Shown piece after piece: positions 39,321-52,378 of a stretch of DNA of 64,000 nt. The notes beneath the pieces are model-generated. The model ran no database searches and was not told the origin of the DNA. It saw only the letters and a list, made by a program, of their open reading frames with translations. The translations under genes and the position numbers were made by a program. Each line of letters starts with the position of its first letter. Positions within the stretch are counted from its first letter, which is position 1. This DNA is from Octopus sinensis (Eukaryota): assembly GCF_006345805.1 (NCBI RefSeq), contig NC_042997.1, positions 128,030,001-128,094,000 on the forward strand, given 5' to 3'.

Positions 39321-40571
39321 ATTAGTAAAGTTCTGAATTTTATTTAGTCAACTGCAAATCACCAGCAGGTGTTGGCCCTGCCGATTTTTCAATGATGGGC
39401 ATTAGATGAACGGCGTAAATCTGCGGAATCACACGGACAGCCCGTTGGGTTTATTTTGTACAAAAGTCTCGTTGTGGCGATCTTTGGAAAATAGTTAAGT
39501 TTTAGGTTTGTGCAGTTTACGGTCGGGTTTCAGTTTCTTTTCGGAGCTGCTTCGTTTCATGGGTATTCTTCTGGAGAGGGAATGTGACGAACGGTTGAGC
39601 TTTTAATTTTTGACATATCATGGTAAAGCGGTAATAAAACATTTCTGCATAAGACAGACTGCAGTCCATGTTAATGAAAAGATGTTTTACTCTCGATATG
39701 TGTCCATAAATCCAACATTTGAAATATGCGAGATGTGAAATATTATAAATACCCCGCCGAGTCTCTAATTCAAATTTTTATCGCTATTGATGGAATCAAA
39801 GGAGAACATTTTGTCTGAATCGATCAAATAGAAATTATATAAATGCTATTCCAGTTACATGTGAAGATTTCTCACAATACAACTATTCTGAATTAAAACT
39901 GTTGCTAAAATTATACGTTACATGTCGAATAATGTGCGTTATGAGTTTCTGCGGTAGCAATGTATCTGTGTGTCTGTGCGCGCGCATTTGTGTATACGTG
40001 TGTACATGTTTTTGTGAATACGCATGTGCATAGGAGAGAAAGAGAGAGAGTTTACATTTGTGTGGAGAGGTTGGAGGTGTGTGTGCATGTAGAAAGAAAT
40101 ATGTATATATATTCACATATATTATATCTATATTATTTTCACATAATACATATTTCCATCTGTGTATATGTGTGTGTGTGTATAGACATATGCATGTATG
40201 TATGCATTATGTACATAATATACGAGAGAGGTGTGGAAGACAAAGAGATAGAGAGGGAAAGAATCTTTTGTTTATAGTAGACGTAAAAAAAAAATGTCTG
40301 CAAAATTACAGAAGACTAAGTTACCTCTTCCCAACTAGCGATATACTTCAGTTTTGATCAATTGTTGAATTTCAGCAAAATATAAACGTTATGGTGTTGC
40401 CTGTATTGTTACACAGACAAACGTCTTAGACCCACATCACAGTTTTGCTCACATGGATATAGGGAGAGTGGAGCTGCTGCTACAGACACACACGCAAATC
40501 CTATATTTGAAATTTGAATTTTAGTACTGCGCATATATATACATACATACATACATACATACATACATACA

Positions 40572-40606
<35 letters not shown>

Positions 40607-40611
40607 TTTTT

Positions 40612-41175
<564 letters not shown>

Positions 41176-41218
41176 TCAATAAATGGTGGGGTTGTGTTGA
41201 CTGCACGTGGAGAAATGA

Positions 41219-41326
41219 TAAGCAAGGAAAAATTGTAAAAATGCAGAATGCTAAATTGAAAGAAAATTTTAATGAAAATTTTTTTTCAATTTAGCATTCT
41301 GCACTTTTACAATTTTTCCTTGCCTA
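41219..41326. repeat. Fold-back palindrome (~52-bp arms, 4-nt loop)
   Basis: taagcaaggaaaaattgtaaaaatgcagaatgctaaattgaaagaaaatttt-aatg-aaaattttttttcaatttagcattctgcacttttacaatttttccttgccta. Confidence 0.9.
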
Positions 41327-41512
41327 TATATATATATACATATATATATATGAGAAAGTTGGTGTGTGAAAGCACGTAGTTGAATATATAGAAAATAGTA
41401 AAAAATGAAAAAACTACAGAAGGCTTGTTTTAAAAGGTAAAAAAATATATATTTGAGTCATTATGTCTGAAGAATGTTATAATTTTTTTTCATACAATGA
41501 CATAGTTTTTGA

Positions 41513-41550
41513 AGAAATGACCGGTTTCGCGTTCAGCTTTTCAAATTTCT
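41513..41550 (-). ncRNA. Minimal type-I hammerhead ribozyme motif (sense to the GIY-YIG fragment)
   Basis: AGAAAU-UUGAAAA-GC(UGAAC)GC-GAAAC-CG-GUC|AUUUCU: 6-7-bp stem I, U3-A8 core, 2-bp stem II, palindromic ACCGGU stem III, GUC cleavage triplet. Confidence 0.65.
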
Positions 41551-41908
41551 TACATCGTTATGTTTACGTTGAGAAGTGTGAAGAAAGAGTTCCAGATAAG
41601 GGGAGGTAATAAGTGATTTCTTCCGGTGTAAGGGAGATAATCGCTTAATACTTTTTGCCTTTTTTTTTGGAGTGAGTTTCTCTGTATAAGAATGTTGGAA
41701 TGGTTCAGTTTGGGCTTGTATTTTTCAATGAAGAATGTTTTCTTGTTTAGTTTAATTTGTGTTGGTGTTCCGATAGCACATTGGTAAAATGGAAAGATTA
41801 AAAATTGTGGTAGTAGTTGCTTTGCGCATTTCTCAATGTGCTCACTAAAGGGTATCATTCTGTATTCAACTCTTTCTTCACACTTCTCAACGTAAACATA
41901 ACGATGTA

Positions 41909-41946
41909 AGAAATTTGAAAAGCTAAACGCGAAACCGGTCATTTCT
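41909..41946 (+). ncRNA. Minimal type-I hammerhead ribozyme motif (inverted arm copy)
   Basis: agaaat-ttgaaaa-gc(taaac)gc-gaaac-cg-gtc|atttct; predicted cut after 41940. Confidence 0.65.
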
Positions 41947-42096
41947 CCAAAAACTATGTCATTGTATGAAAAAAATTTATAACATTCTTCAGACATAATG
42001 ACTCAAATATATATTTTTTAACCTTTTAAAACAAGCCTTCTGTAGTTTTTTCACCTTTTACTATTTTCTATATATATATATATATATATATACTTG

Positions 42097-42522
42097 CAGG
42101 CGTGGCTGTGTGGTAAGAAGTTTACTTCCTAGCCACATGGTTCCGGGTTCAGTCCCACTGCGTGGCACTTTTGGCAAGTATCCTCTACTATAACCTCGGG
42201 TCAACCAAAGCCTTGTGAGTAGATTTGACAGAGAGAAACTGGTAGAAGACTATCGTATGTGTGTGTGTGTGTTGTGTGTGCGTGCGCGCGCGTGTGTAGT
42301 TGTGTCTGTGTTTCTCGCCCACCATCGCATGACAACCGTGTTGGTGCGTTTGCGTCCCCGTAATTTAGCGGTTCAGCAAAAGAGAACGATAGTATAATTA
42401 CCAGGCTTTAAAAAATAAGTACTGGGATCGATTCGTTAAACCCAAATTCTTCAAGGGGTATCCCAGCACGGCTGCAATCTCAAGGGGTATCCCAGCACGG
42501 CTGCAATCAAATGACTAAACCA
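42097..42522 (+). mobile_element. Older SINE-A with a 29-bp tandem duplication near the tail
   Basis: tcaaggggtatcccagcacggctgcaatc occurs twice (42451-42508). Confidence 0.8.
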
Positions 42523-42528
42523 GATAGA

Positions 42529-42618
<90 letters not shown>

Positions 42619-42639
42619 ATATTTATATATATAATCTTT

Positions 42640-42826
42640 TATTTTGTTTTAGTCATTGATATGCAGCCATGTCGGGACGCCGCCTGGAAGTGTTTAGTCG
42701 AAGAAATTGACCAAGAACATGTTATCTTAAATTCTCATGCTCAATTCTATCGGCCGCTTTTGCTAAAACCGCTAAGTTACGGGTACGTGCAAAAAAATTA
42801 ATCAGACGATGATAGGGGTTTATGTA

Positions 42827-42867
<41 letters not shown>

Positions 42868-43125
42868 CACACACACACACACTCATGCACACACTCATGC
42901 ACACACACATGCATACACACATAGATACATATATATATATATAGATGTATACATATACACATATATATATACATATAAAAGCGACGGGCTACCGTAGTTT
43001 CCACCTGCCAAATTCACTCACAAGGTCATCGGTCGGCTCATGGCTACAGTAGAAGACACTCGCTTAAGGTACATTATAGTATCACTTAAACCGAAAGCAA
43101 GTGATTGCATAACGAGCTCCTTAAC
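42640..43125 (-). mobile_element. Diverged SINE-A with expanded internal microsatellite
   Basis: 3' half at 42640-42830, head at 42975-43125. Confidence 0.65.
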
Positions 43126-43184
43126 CTAATATATGGGGACAATGCTACAACTACACACACACATACACACACATACTCACACAC

Positions 43185-43224
<40 letters not shown>

Positions 43225-43489
43225 GCACACACAGACCCTCACAAGAAAACTGTTCACATTTATTGCTCAATACTGTTTGTGTGAGCACATAAACTTACTA
43301 GGCCTACATTAAGGTAGTGTTCACATGTGAGGGACAGGGTTGTTTCGTTAAAAAGTATTCTAAACCCACACAAGAACACTGCTCATTTGTGGTACTGTTA
43401 CACACATGTGCTGCCATGAGACACACAAACATCCCAGACCCACATTACAGCGCTGCTTATATCCAAAGGAAGGCCATTTGACTAATTGG

Positions 43490-43685
43490 TTTCCAATTTT
43501 GGCTCAAAGCCAGCAGTTACGGGGATGGAGTAAGTCGATTACATCAACCCCAGCTCTCAACGGGTACTTATTTTATCACCCACGAAAGGACGGAAGGCAA
43601 TGTCGACCTCAGCAGAATTTGAACTCACAACATAAGACTGACGAAATGCCCGGCGTGCTAACTATTCTGACGGATCGCCGCCTTA
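43490..43685 (-). mobile_element. SINE-B, older
   Basis: aagtcgattacatcaacccc..gaaaggacggaaggcaatgtcgacctcagcagaatttgaactc. Confidence 0.75.
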
Positions 43686-44121
43686 GACAACTCGACTCAC
43701 TCAACAACTCATTCCGATCACAAATTCACAGAACTGTTGTGTTACTTTCTCATTGTTCCTTCGACCACTACTATAACCACATCTTTCTTCTCTGAGGCTA
43801 ACAAAAACTTTACATCTTCACTATCCTGGACTATCTCGTTCATTCTCCTCCAATCCTTTCGTGTATTCTGCTGTGTACTATCTCCCATAATCCGGACTGA
43901 ACACCAACACAAGCCTTCCTCCTTGGAGTTGCAGCCCTTTGAAATTCCCACCTCATCTGCGGAATGTTTCATTCCCATGTCAACCCTGAGAGGGTATGCT
44001 TAGGATAAAACGGTTCAAAATATGACCATCGTATCCTTTTTCTTCATATGTATGTGCGTATGTGTATGTATGTATGTATGTATATAAATATATGCGTGTA
44101 TGTATATATATATATATATGT

Positions 44122-45261
44122 ACAAAGTTTGAATTGTTTCCAAAGGAATTTTTGTCCATTCTTCAGCTAAAACAGCCTCCAGCTCTTGTAGTGATGATGG
44201 TGGAGGATATCGACTCCTTACTTGTTTTTCTAAAATGCACCATAAATGTTCAATAATATTGAGATTTGGGGACTGTGATGGCCAGATAAGATGTTCAACT
44301 TCACTAGAGTGTTCTTCGTGCCGTTCAGTGACAACTTTAGCTGTGTGAATTGGTGCATTATCATCCTGAAAGATTGCGTTTCCTTCCGGAAACAGTTCCG
44401 CAACTGTAGGATGAATTTGATCTGATGAAATGCTTAGTCTTAACTATTAATTCTTCCATGAAGGGGCCGGCGGATTTCAAAAATATAGCCCCCCAGATCA
44501 TCACAGATCCTCCTCCATGTTTAACAGTTGAAAGAAGACAGTCTGGGTCAAATGCTTCTTTTGGCTGTCTCCTGACGTATGCTTGGCCGTTGGTTGGAAA
44601 TAAGGTAAAGGATGACTCATTCGAGAAAATAACATTCTTCCACTGCTCTAGGGACCAATTCTGTAGGTTTTTACTCCACTCTAAAAGCTTTGCAACGTTT
44701 GTTTTTGAAAGTAGTGGTTTTCTGACTACAGCCCTCCTGTAAAATCCGGCTCTGTGCAGCTCCCGGCGAACATTTTTTTGTGGAAACTGGGTTCTCGAGG
44801 TGGTCATTAAGCTCTACAGTAATTTTGGGAGTACTTTTGTGATCCTTTTTATCAATTCGTGTAAAAGTCCGACGGTCCCTTTCAGAAAGATTTGGTTTTC
44901 TTCCGGAGTTTTATTTCGGCGAGGAGGTTTTTCCCTCTTTCTCAAAGGTTGTCATTACTTTCGTGACAGTACTTCCTGATACACCAAACATTTCGGCTGT
45001 TTTCGTAACGCTAGCGCCTGCCATACGAGCACCGACAATTTGACCTCTTTGTAAGTCCGATAGATCTGTTATTTTAATGAATTTTTATTACCTTTTTCTG
45101 ATGATATCTGAAAAGAAACAGCAATTGTTGCAAAAGATATTAAGCAACACTAATAATAAATCAAAAAAACATAAAATAAACAAACTTTTGACGGTTTTAT
45201 AGATATTTCAAAATTTTGATGCTATGATGCTGGGTGTTTCCATTATTTTGTCCAACTCCTG
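44122..45261 (-). mobile_element. Tc1-family transposon, decayed, lacking its 3' TIR
   Basis: TA-CAGGAGTTGGACAAAATAATGGAAACAC end at 45261. DLSDLQRGQIVGARMAGAS; RKPLLSK; WKNVIFSNES; TVKHGGGSVMIWG; IFQDDNAPIH; WPSQSPNLNIIEHLW. Confidence 0.9.
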
Positions 45262-46081
45262 TATATAACAAAACAGGAAAATGGAAAGTTTTTGGTATAA
45301 CTTATTCTCCATCAAACGTGTTTCATATGATAATATAAATTACAAAGATTTACATGTTAGATAGACATGTAAGGAATTTCTAAGAAATTCGTCAGACAGA
45401 GAAAAGAAGGCTACCACTGGTTTCATGCTCAACAGTTGTCAAGTGCATCACATGAAATATTGGCACTCGTCTCCATTCAGTCAGTTTCTGGCTACCAATT
45501 TCACTCACAAGGCATTCGTCGGTCCGAAGTAATAGTAGAAGACACTTATCCAAGGTGAGCAAGTGTTCAGTGGGACTGAACTCGAACCAGCAGGTTCCAA
45601 AGCTAGTTTCTCAACGCCACAACCTTGCATGTGCCTACACAGTCATGCCTGTGCCTACACAGCTATGCCTGCATCAATAGGCTGTAATTTCTCTTCAGCT
45701 GAACAACCAAACAGAAATTTCGTCCTTGTCTCGCCCACTGATGTCAACGCTCTGCAAAAATAAATGCCAAGGGCATTGCCCCGCCACGTCTGACTAGTTA
45801 TGGAAAAAAATAATAGATAAAAGAGTAATGAGTGATATTTTTTTCTTTGTCATCTGAAATTCTTCTTGTTTGAACCATAGCAGCGTCTCTTCTCTATTAC
45901 AACATGGCTGTGTCACTGCAAAAATTGTGGTTATTTCTCTTCGTTCCACTATCTTTGTAGAGGAATGTACTCTGAATCGACAAAGGGCCTGTTGAAGGTC
46001 ACTTAGTATAAACATAGTCATATGACAGAGGATGAGGAAGAGAGAGGGTAAGAGGGAGGGTAAGAAAGAGAGAAAGAGAGC

Positions 46082-46113
<32 letters not shown>

Positions 46114-46224
46114 AAGAGAAACGAGTGCGGGAAGAGGAGAAGAGAAGAGAGAGGGAGAAATAAAGAGGAAGACATATTGTGTGAGACAGATAGAAACAGG
46201 TAGACAGAGACAGAGAGCGAAGGA

Positions 46225-46261
<37 letters not shown>

Positions 46262-47136
46262 GAAGAGAAAGGTTAGGTAAAGAGAACAGAGAGAGAGAGA
46301 GAAGGGAGAGAGGGAGAGAGGGAGGAAAGGAGAGAGAGAGAGAGAAGGAGAGACTAACAGGCAAACAGAGCAGGAGAGAGACAATTAAAGGAAAATAAAA
46401 ATGAAAGTAGCAGACTATCAGAGAGAGAGAGAGAGAGAGAAATAGACAGACAGATGACAGTCACAGACAGAGACAGACTGACGGGCAGACAGACACACAG
46501 ACAGAAGACCACTGACTCACAGAAAGCGTGACAATTGGATTAGGGTGGAGCGGGGAGAAAGAGGAAGAAAACGAAAAGATCAAATGATTTGATTAATGAA
46601 AGTCTACGTATGGGAAGGCAGTCGTTTCATACCTGAAAGAGAAGTAGAATAATTGTGAACATCATTATTGGCTTCGCTTAGCACTGATAAGGTGAGTGGC
46701 GGGGGTTGGGGTGGATTGGGAGGGGCTAGGCAGGCGGCGGGGGTGGTGGTGGATGACAGCAGAGCCTTGGTATAGTCTAGTGGTTCATTCCTTTCTGAGT
46801 TCAAATCACGCTTGCGGCATCACTTTTAATTTTCATGTCATCGATGTAATTCTTCCTTTACTCGTTTCATGACTGCGGTCATGCTGGGGTATCCGCCTTG
46901 AAGGGATTTTAATCGAACTAATCGACCCCAGTATTTATGTCATTTTTCTTTTGCTCTTTGGGTTTTTTTTTAAAGTCTAGTACTTATTCTCTTGCTCTCT
47001 TTTGCCGAACCGCTAGTTATGGGGCGTAAATGTCTCGGGCCCAGGTCCTTATAACAAAACAAACAGATTGCGTATTTTATTTTACGTCTTTGTTTTGCAG
47101 TACTTCTCCCCTGTTCATCGATTTTGCGGTGGCTGA

Positions 47137-47560
47137 AATGAAGGAACCGCGGGCTTCCGTGAAATTCTGTTTTCTGCTGGAGAAAACGGCGACCGAAACA
47201 GTTGTCACGCTACAAACAGTTTACAAGGAGCTGCCATGAGTAAAACACAAGTTTACGAGTGGTTTTTACGCTTTAGGAATGGTCACTTGTCGCTTGAAGA
47301 CCAGCCTCGTTCAGGACGACCGTCGACGTCCCGAACGAATGAAAACATCACCGAATAAGTAACGAACTTGTTGATATGACCGGTATGTCTTGGAGCTCCG
47401 ACCAACGAAATCTGAGCATCAAGACAACGCGCTAGTCCACAATTTCATTCTGGTAACCACTACTTGACAGAGATGATCATCAAAACTGTCCCTCACGCTC
47501 CCTACCAACTATACCTTGCTCCCTGTGACTGTTGGTTGTTTCCCAAGCTAAAGAAGGTGA
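47137..47560 (+). mobile_element. Internally deleted mariner transposase remnant
   Basis: MKEPRASVKFCFLLEKTATET; MSKTQVYEWFLRFRNGHLSLEDQPRSGRPSTS; then directly HQDNA and VPHAPY..LAPCDCWLFPKLK. Confidence 0.8.
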
Positions 47561-48589
47561 AAGAGGCTGTGATAAGGGTCTTGGATATCTTAACTTTGGA
47601 GGAGTCCCATGCGCACTTAAGTTAGACGATCCTAGTTTGAAGATTAGAATTTTGTACTTCTTTGAAATTAATAAATGTCTCTCCTGAAAAAGTTTCAAAA
47701 CTTCTGGAATGCAGATTGTACTGCTAGCTAGTAGAATCATTATTATGCTGAATAAAATGATTAGTAGCATTTCTTCCGGTTCTCTATATTCTGAGTGCAA
47801 ACACCACAGAGATCGACTTTGCATTTCATCTTTTTGGAGTACCAGTTGGGCACTGGGGACGATGTAATCGACTTACCGCTTCCCTTCAAAATTGCTGGCG
47901 TTATTCCAGAACTAGAAAGAATTATGATCACATACGCCAAGGAAGAGATCAGTGCTTCCCAGAACGGTGAGGTGGAAACAATCAACTTAAATACCCCTAG
48001 ATTCATTTCTGGGAGAGGCTTCAGGAGGATTTAGGGCTTTTCTACCAACTTTTTGGAGCGTCAGCTGTTTTTACATTTATTGTCTCTTTTATCCACTCCC
48101 AGTGCTTAACAAATCCCATTCCAAACCCTCTTTTCCCCACGTATCTAATCTCACCAGCACGTATACACTATTGGCACGTGTGGGCAAAACTTCGTTCTCT
48201 CCAAGCAAGGTAACTGGTTTCGGCGATATCTTTTCCATCATCTTCAAACACAGTTCCTAAGGTAGCTCTTATCATCGCCAACCACTTCAACAACTCTCCT
48301 TCTCTCTCCTTTTTTCTCTGTCTTTCACGGGCATGCCGATGAATCAGTCCAACATCAGTTTCAGAGGATTTCGGTCACTCAAATTGTATGAAGAGAGAAT
48401 TCGATACAATCCTACAGTCCTGTGTCGCTAGACGAAGAAGTTAACTCCCCTGGGTTTACAAGCCTGGTATGCAATATCTCCCATCGGTATCATAGGACTA
48501 CATTACTGTGATGCTAATGCAAACTTGTAAAGTTATCTAGATCCTTCACCGAAATGGGTTTTTTTTTTTTGTGTCCCTGAATCACGTTG

Positions 48590-48775
48590 TTATTTTCAGC
48601 AAAACGGCGCTCCAACATTTTATGACCGCTTCGTACGAGACTGAAATAGCAATGATTAGGAAGCTCGCTGGACATGGTGGAGCAATGAAATGGACAATGA
48701 GAACAACTGACTTAAGTCCAACAGATCCCTTTCGGTGAGAATTTCTAAAGAACGTAGCGTATGTTACAAGAACTG
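48590..48775 (+). mobile_element. Tc1/mariner-superfamily DDE fragment
   Basis: FQQNGAP...GHGGAMKWTMRTTDLSPTDPF.*EFLKNVAY resembles FQQDGAP..G.G.I.WPPRSPDL.P.DF..WG.LK..VY. Confidence 0.5.
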
Positions 48776-48823
48776 AAAGCCAGAATACAAGCGTCTTTTA
48801 CATTACGGAAGAATGATTCCTAT

Positions 48824-49237
48824 ATAAAGCAGTTGTATACTGTCAACTTAACGTGACAGTCCCATAAAGAGAACCACACCACCGCTATTTAGCCCTAGGA
48901 AACATCAACGCTTCCTGTCTGCCTTGACACATTTCCTGTGTCCTTATGTTTACAAAGGGAGACAAGCACCTCCATCCAACTAAGCCTGCATCCAGAGACA
49001 TGTTTCTGAGTCTTGCTCGTCATCAGTCTGGAGTAGTATGGCTTGCTAGCTGGCTGCAGATACCCGTCTGCAGCCAGCTAGCTGGATGGGGTGCTTGTCT
49101 CCCCTTTGTAAACATAAGGACACAGGAAATGTGTCAAGGCCGACAGAAAGCATTGATGCTTCCTAGGGCTAAATAGCGGGGGTGTGATTCACTTTATGGG
49201 ACTGTCACGTTAAGTTGACAGTATACAACTGCTTTAT
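48824..49237. mobile_element. 414-bp MITE-like fold-back with ~155-bp arms and an internal perfect hairpin
   Basis: 48824-48978 pairs with 49083-49237; inner stem ctagctggctgcaga-tacccg-tctgcagccagctag (49046-49081). Confidence 0.9.
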
Positions 49238-50040
49238 CGTCCCACCACTGCTAATATCTCTCTGAGATATTTAAAAATTTAATATTTCGATTCTTATATA
49301 GTTCTTATCGTTACGAGAAACGTATTTATCCATTGATTTCCATGTTTGTTGACTGCTCTCAAACACGTACCTGTATGGGGGTTCGCGTTATGGAAAAACT
49401 ATGTTATTGTTTGTAATGTTTGTATAATATCAATACTTCCGTAACGCAAATGAATTTGTAGAAAAAGGTTTCCACCATCGCCTGAGTGTGCACATCTCAG
49501 TAACTTACCATCTGAATAAATAAAGTAAAATGGATGATAGTCATATTGAATTTTATATATAACGCATCGATAGTTCGTGAATTGCATCAATAAAATTGTT
49601 TTAAAATTTGGCGTTACGTTTGGGACACCATGTGTTTATGTGTGTGTGTGTGTTTGTGTGCGTGTGTGTGCGAGCGGGAATGTGTGAACATGTGTTCACA
49701 TAAATTTTTTTTTAAAAACTCAATATTTCAAGAAATAGACATTCGTATAATAAACAAATCCAAAACGTTGTTATAACACTTCTCCCCTTTACGAAACATC
49801 CCAGTGGAACGAAATCTTCGTTCCGTCAAATGATTATTAAATATAACCTATCCTAACTACTTTTTTCAAAACACCTCCATATAAGTAGATCATTCTGATT
49901 CCTCATTGGTGATATAAAGAGCTCAGGCAGGAGACACAGATCGTACAATTGTGAAAACCAAATGTACATAAAATATATATATTGTGCATCCGAAATATAG
50001 CACTAAATTCTTTAATCTAGTGTAACGTTACGCTTTAATA

Positions 50041-50216
50041 ATGATGATGGTGATGATGATGATGATGATGATGATGATGTTGATGATGATGATTATGATG
50101 GAGAAGAGGAGGAGGAGAAGAAGAAGAAGAAGAAGAAGAAGAAGAAGAAGAAGAAGAAGAAGAAGAAGAAGAAGAAGAAGAAGAAGAAGAAGAAGAAGAA
50201 GAAGAAGAAGAAGAAA
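50041..50216. repeat. (ATG)n then (AGG/AAG)n trinucleotide microsatellite
   Basis: Direct reading; it explains the poly-M/poly-R ORF in the track. Confidence 0.95.
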
Positions 50217-50447
50217 ACAGATCTTGTTATAAATTTTATAGATTCATATATAAATATACAGAAACATAATTATGAAGTTTAGATGGCCAACTAGCTAGAT
50301 ACATACATACATACATACATACATACATACATACAGACATACATACATACATACATACATACATACATACATACATACATACATACATACATACATACAT
50401 ACAATACATACATACATACACACATATATACATACATACATACATAT

Positions 50448-50501
<54 letters not shown>

Positions 50502-50526
50502 AGTATATTTGCCACCTATATATATA

Positions 50527-50682
50527 TACGACAGTTTCCGCCTACCAATCCACTCACAAGGCTTTTGTCGGCTCGAGGCTATAGTTGAAGACACTTGCCC
50601 AAAGTGCCACGCAGTGGCAGTGGGACTGAACCCGGAACCATGTGGTTGGTAAGCAAGCTTCTTACCACACACCCACTCCTGT
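50527..50682 (-). mobile_element. SINE-A 5' half
   Basis: Matches the head consensus. Confidence 0.85.
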
Positions 50683-50851
50683 GTATGTATGTATGTATGT
50701 ATTTATATTATTGAAGCCGAAAAAGTTCACAAACCGTTATTCTGAGTTTCACGCAACCATTCATTACTGAGCACTGATAATTCAGACTAATACATATGCG
50801 CGTGCGCCTGCGCGTGTATGTGTGTATGTGTGTGTATGTGTGTATGTGTGT

Positions 50852-50892
<41 letters not shown>

Positions 50893-51007
50893 TGCGTGAG
50901 TGTTTGCCTGAGTGCGCTTGTCTATATATGTCTGTCTGTGTATATATGTCTATGTATATATATATATATATTTAAAGAGAGAGAGAGAGACAGACAGAGA
51001 GACAGAG

Positions 51008-51050
<43 letters not shown>

Positions 51051-51122
51051 GATAGATAGATAGATAGATAGATAGAAAGATAGATAGATGCGTGTATGTT
51101 ATACACATAGTTGTGTATGTGA

Positions 51123-51210
<88 letters not shown>

Positions 51211-52005
51211 AAACGGGCATGCATCTTAGTACAAATCTATGTATCTCTATAAACATATTCACAGTTATGTACGGTCTAAGTCTATGCTGTGCTTGAACAT
51301 GTACGCTCAGTAAATGAACACAAAAAAACTATGCACATTTCTTCTTGTCTTTTGTTCTCGTCATTTTCTTGGACAGTTCAGTTCCGCCTGGGAAAAACCA
51401 TTTCTTTGATTCTACACAACTGTACATGGAGACCAACAGATTTCCTAGGATCTGTAAGATAACGCCACAGTTCACCTTATCTGTAGGTCGACGTATGTCA
51501 CTACATGCGTCTTCCGCCATATTGCTTAAATCTCCGATACATATAACTTTTCTCTATCATTGATTAACCACTTATACAACAATCGCTTTCGGCCTATATT
51601 TGTTTTATTTTTATCGAACGTACGATTTTTTTTTTCTCTTTTGCTAGTTCTTTCCGTTTTTATTTATTGTTTTTACACTTCAACATGTTTTCCGATTTCA
51701 TGATATTTTAGTTAAGAAGAAAAAATAAGAAGGGGGGGAAAAAACATAGAAAATATCCCACTTTTCATCAGATTACCAAAAACTGAAGCACTGTAAGACG
51801 TGGATAGTATTGATTTCTGGAATAGGCACCAGGTACGTTTGCATGTGTGTGTGTGTGCGTGTTTGTGTGTGTGTGCGCGCGCGTGTATGTATGTGCGAGC
51901 GTGTGTATGGATATGCATATATATATATAGAGATAGAGATTCACACGCACATATATAGGTGTGCGCGTGTGCATATGTATATATACTTTATATATATAAA
52001 TAAAG

Positions 52006-52066
<61 letters not shown>

Positions 52067-52290
52067 ATATGCATTATGTATAGAGACTAGTAAATATGTA
52101 AGTATATATATGTATATATAGGCGTTATGTCTGTATAGCCATAGATATGCGCACATACACACATACACACACTCACACACACACATACACAAACATATAT
52201 GTATGCACACATATATATACACATATATATATATACATATATACACATATATATATATACATATGTATATATATATATATATACATATAT

Positions 52291-52346
<56 letters not shown>

Positions 52347-52347
52347 G

Positions 52348-52378
<31 letters not shown>

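Larger units (their letters stand above)
41385..42074 (-). mobile_element. 5'-truncated Penelope-like element: GIY-YIG C-terminal fragment between inverted terminal repeats (pLTR-like)
   Basis: Arms 41385-41591 and 41868-42074 (~207 bp, about 6 mismatches by eye). The interior minus strand reads IPFSEHIEKCAK..FLIFPFYQC..IKLNKKTFFIEKYKPKLN, resembling the PLE endonuclease C-terminus. Flanked by (TA)n. Confidence 0.75.

Noticed and set aside
43737-44003. ORF pair possibly from a LINE C-terminus
   Set aside because: Only vague similarity; no diagnostic motif could be aligned.
46020-46520. Hydrophobic SLSL-rich 196-aa ORF as a membrane protein
   Set aside because: It is a translation of a degenerate (GA)n polypurine tract.
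47761-48034. Overlapping ~80-aa ORFs on both strands
   Set aside because: They span a SINE-B tail remnant (47838-47925) and show no recognisable protein motif.
51329-51520. Possible first coding exon MAEDACSDIRRPTDK|GT with an aatATGGCGG start context
   Set aside because: The donor (GTGAAC) is weak, no downstream exons were found, and the sequence resembles mariner subterminal DNA. RNA-seq could overturn this.
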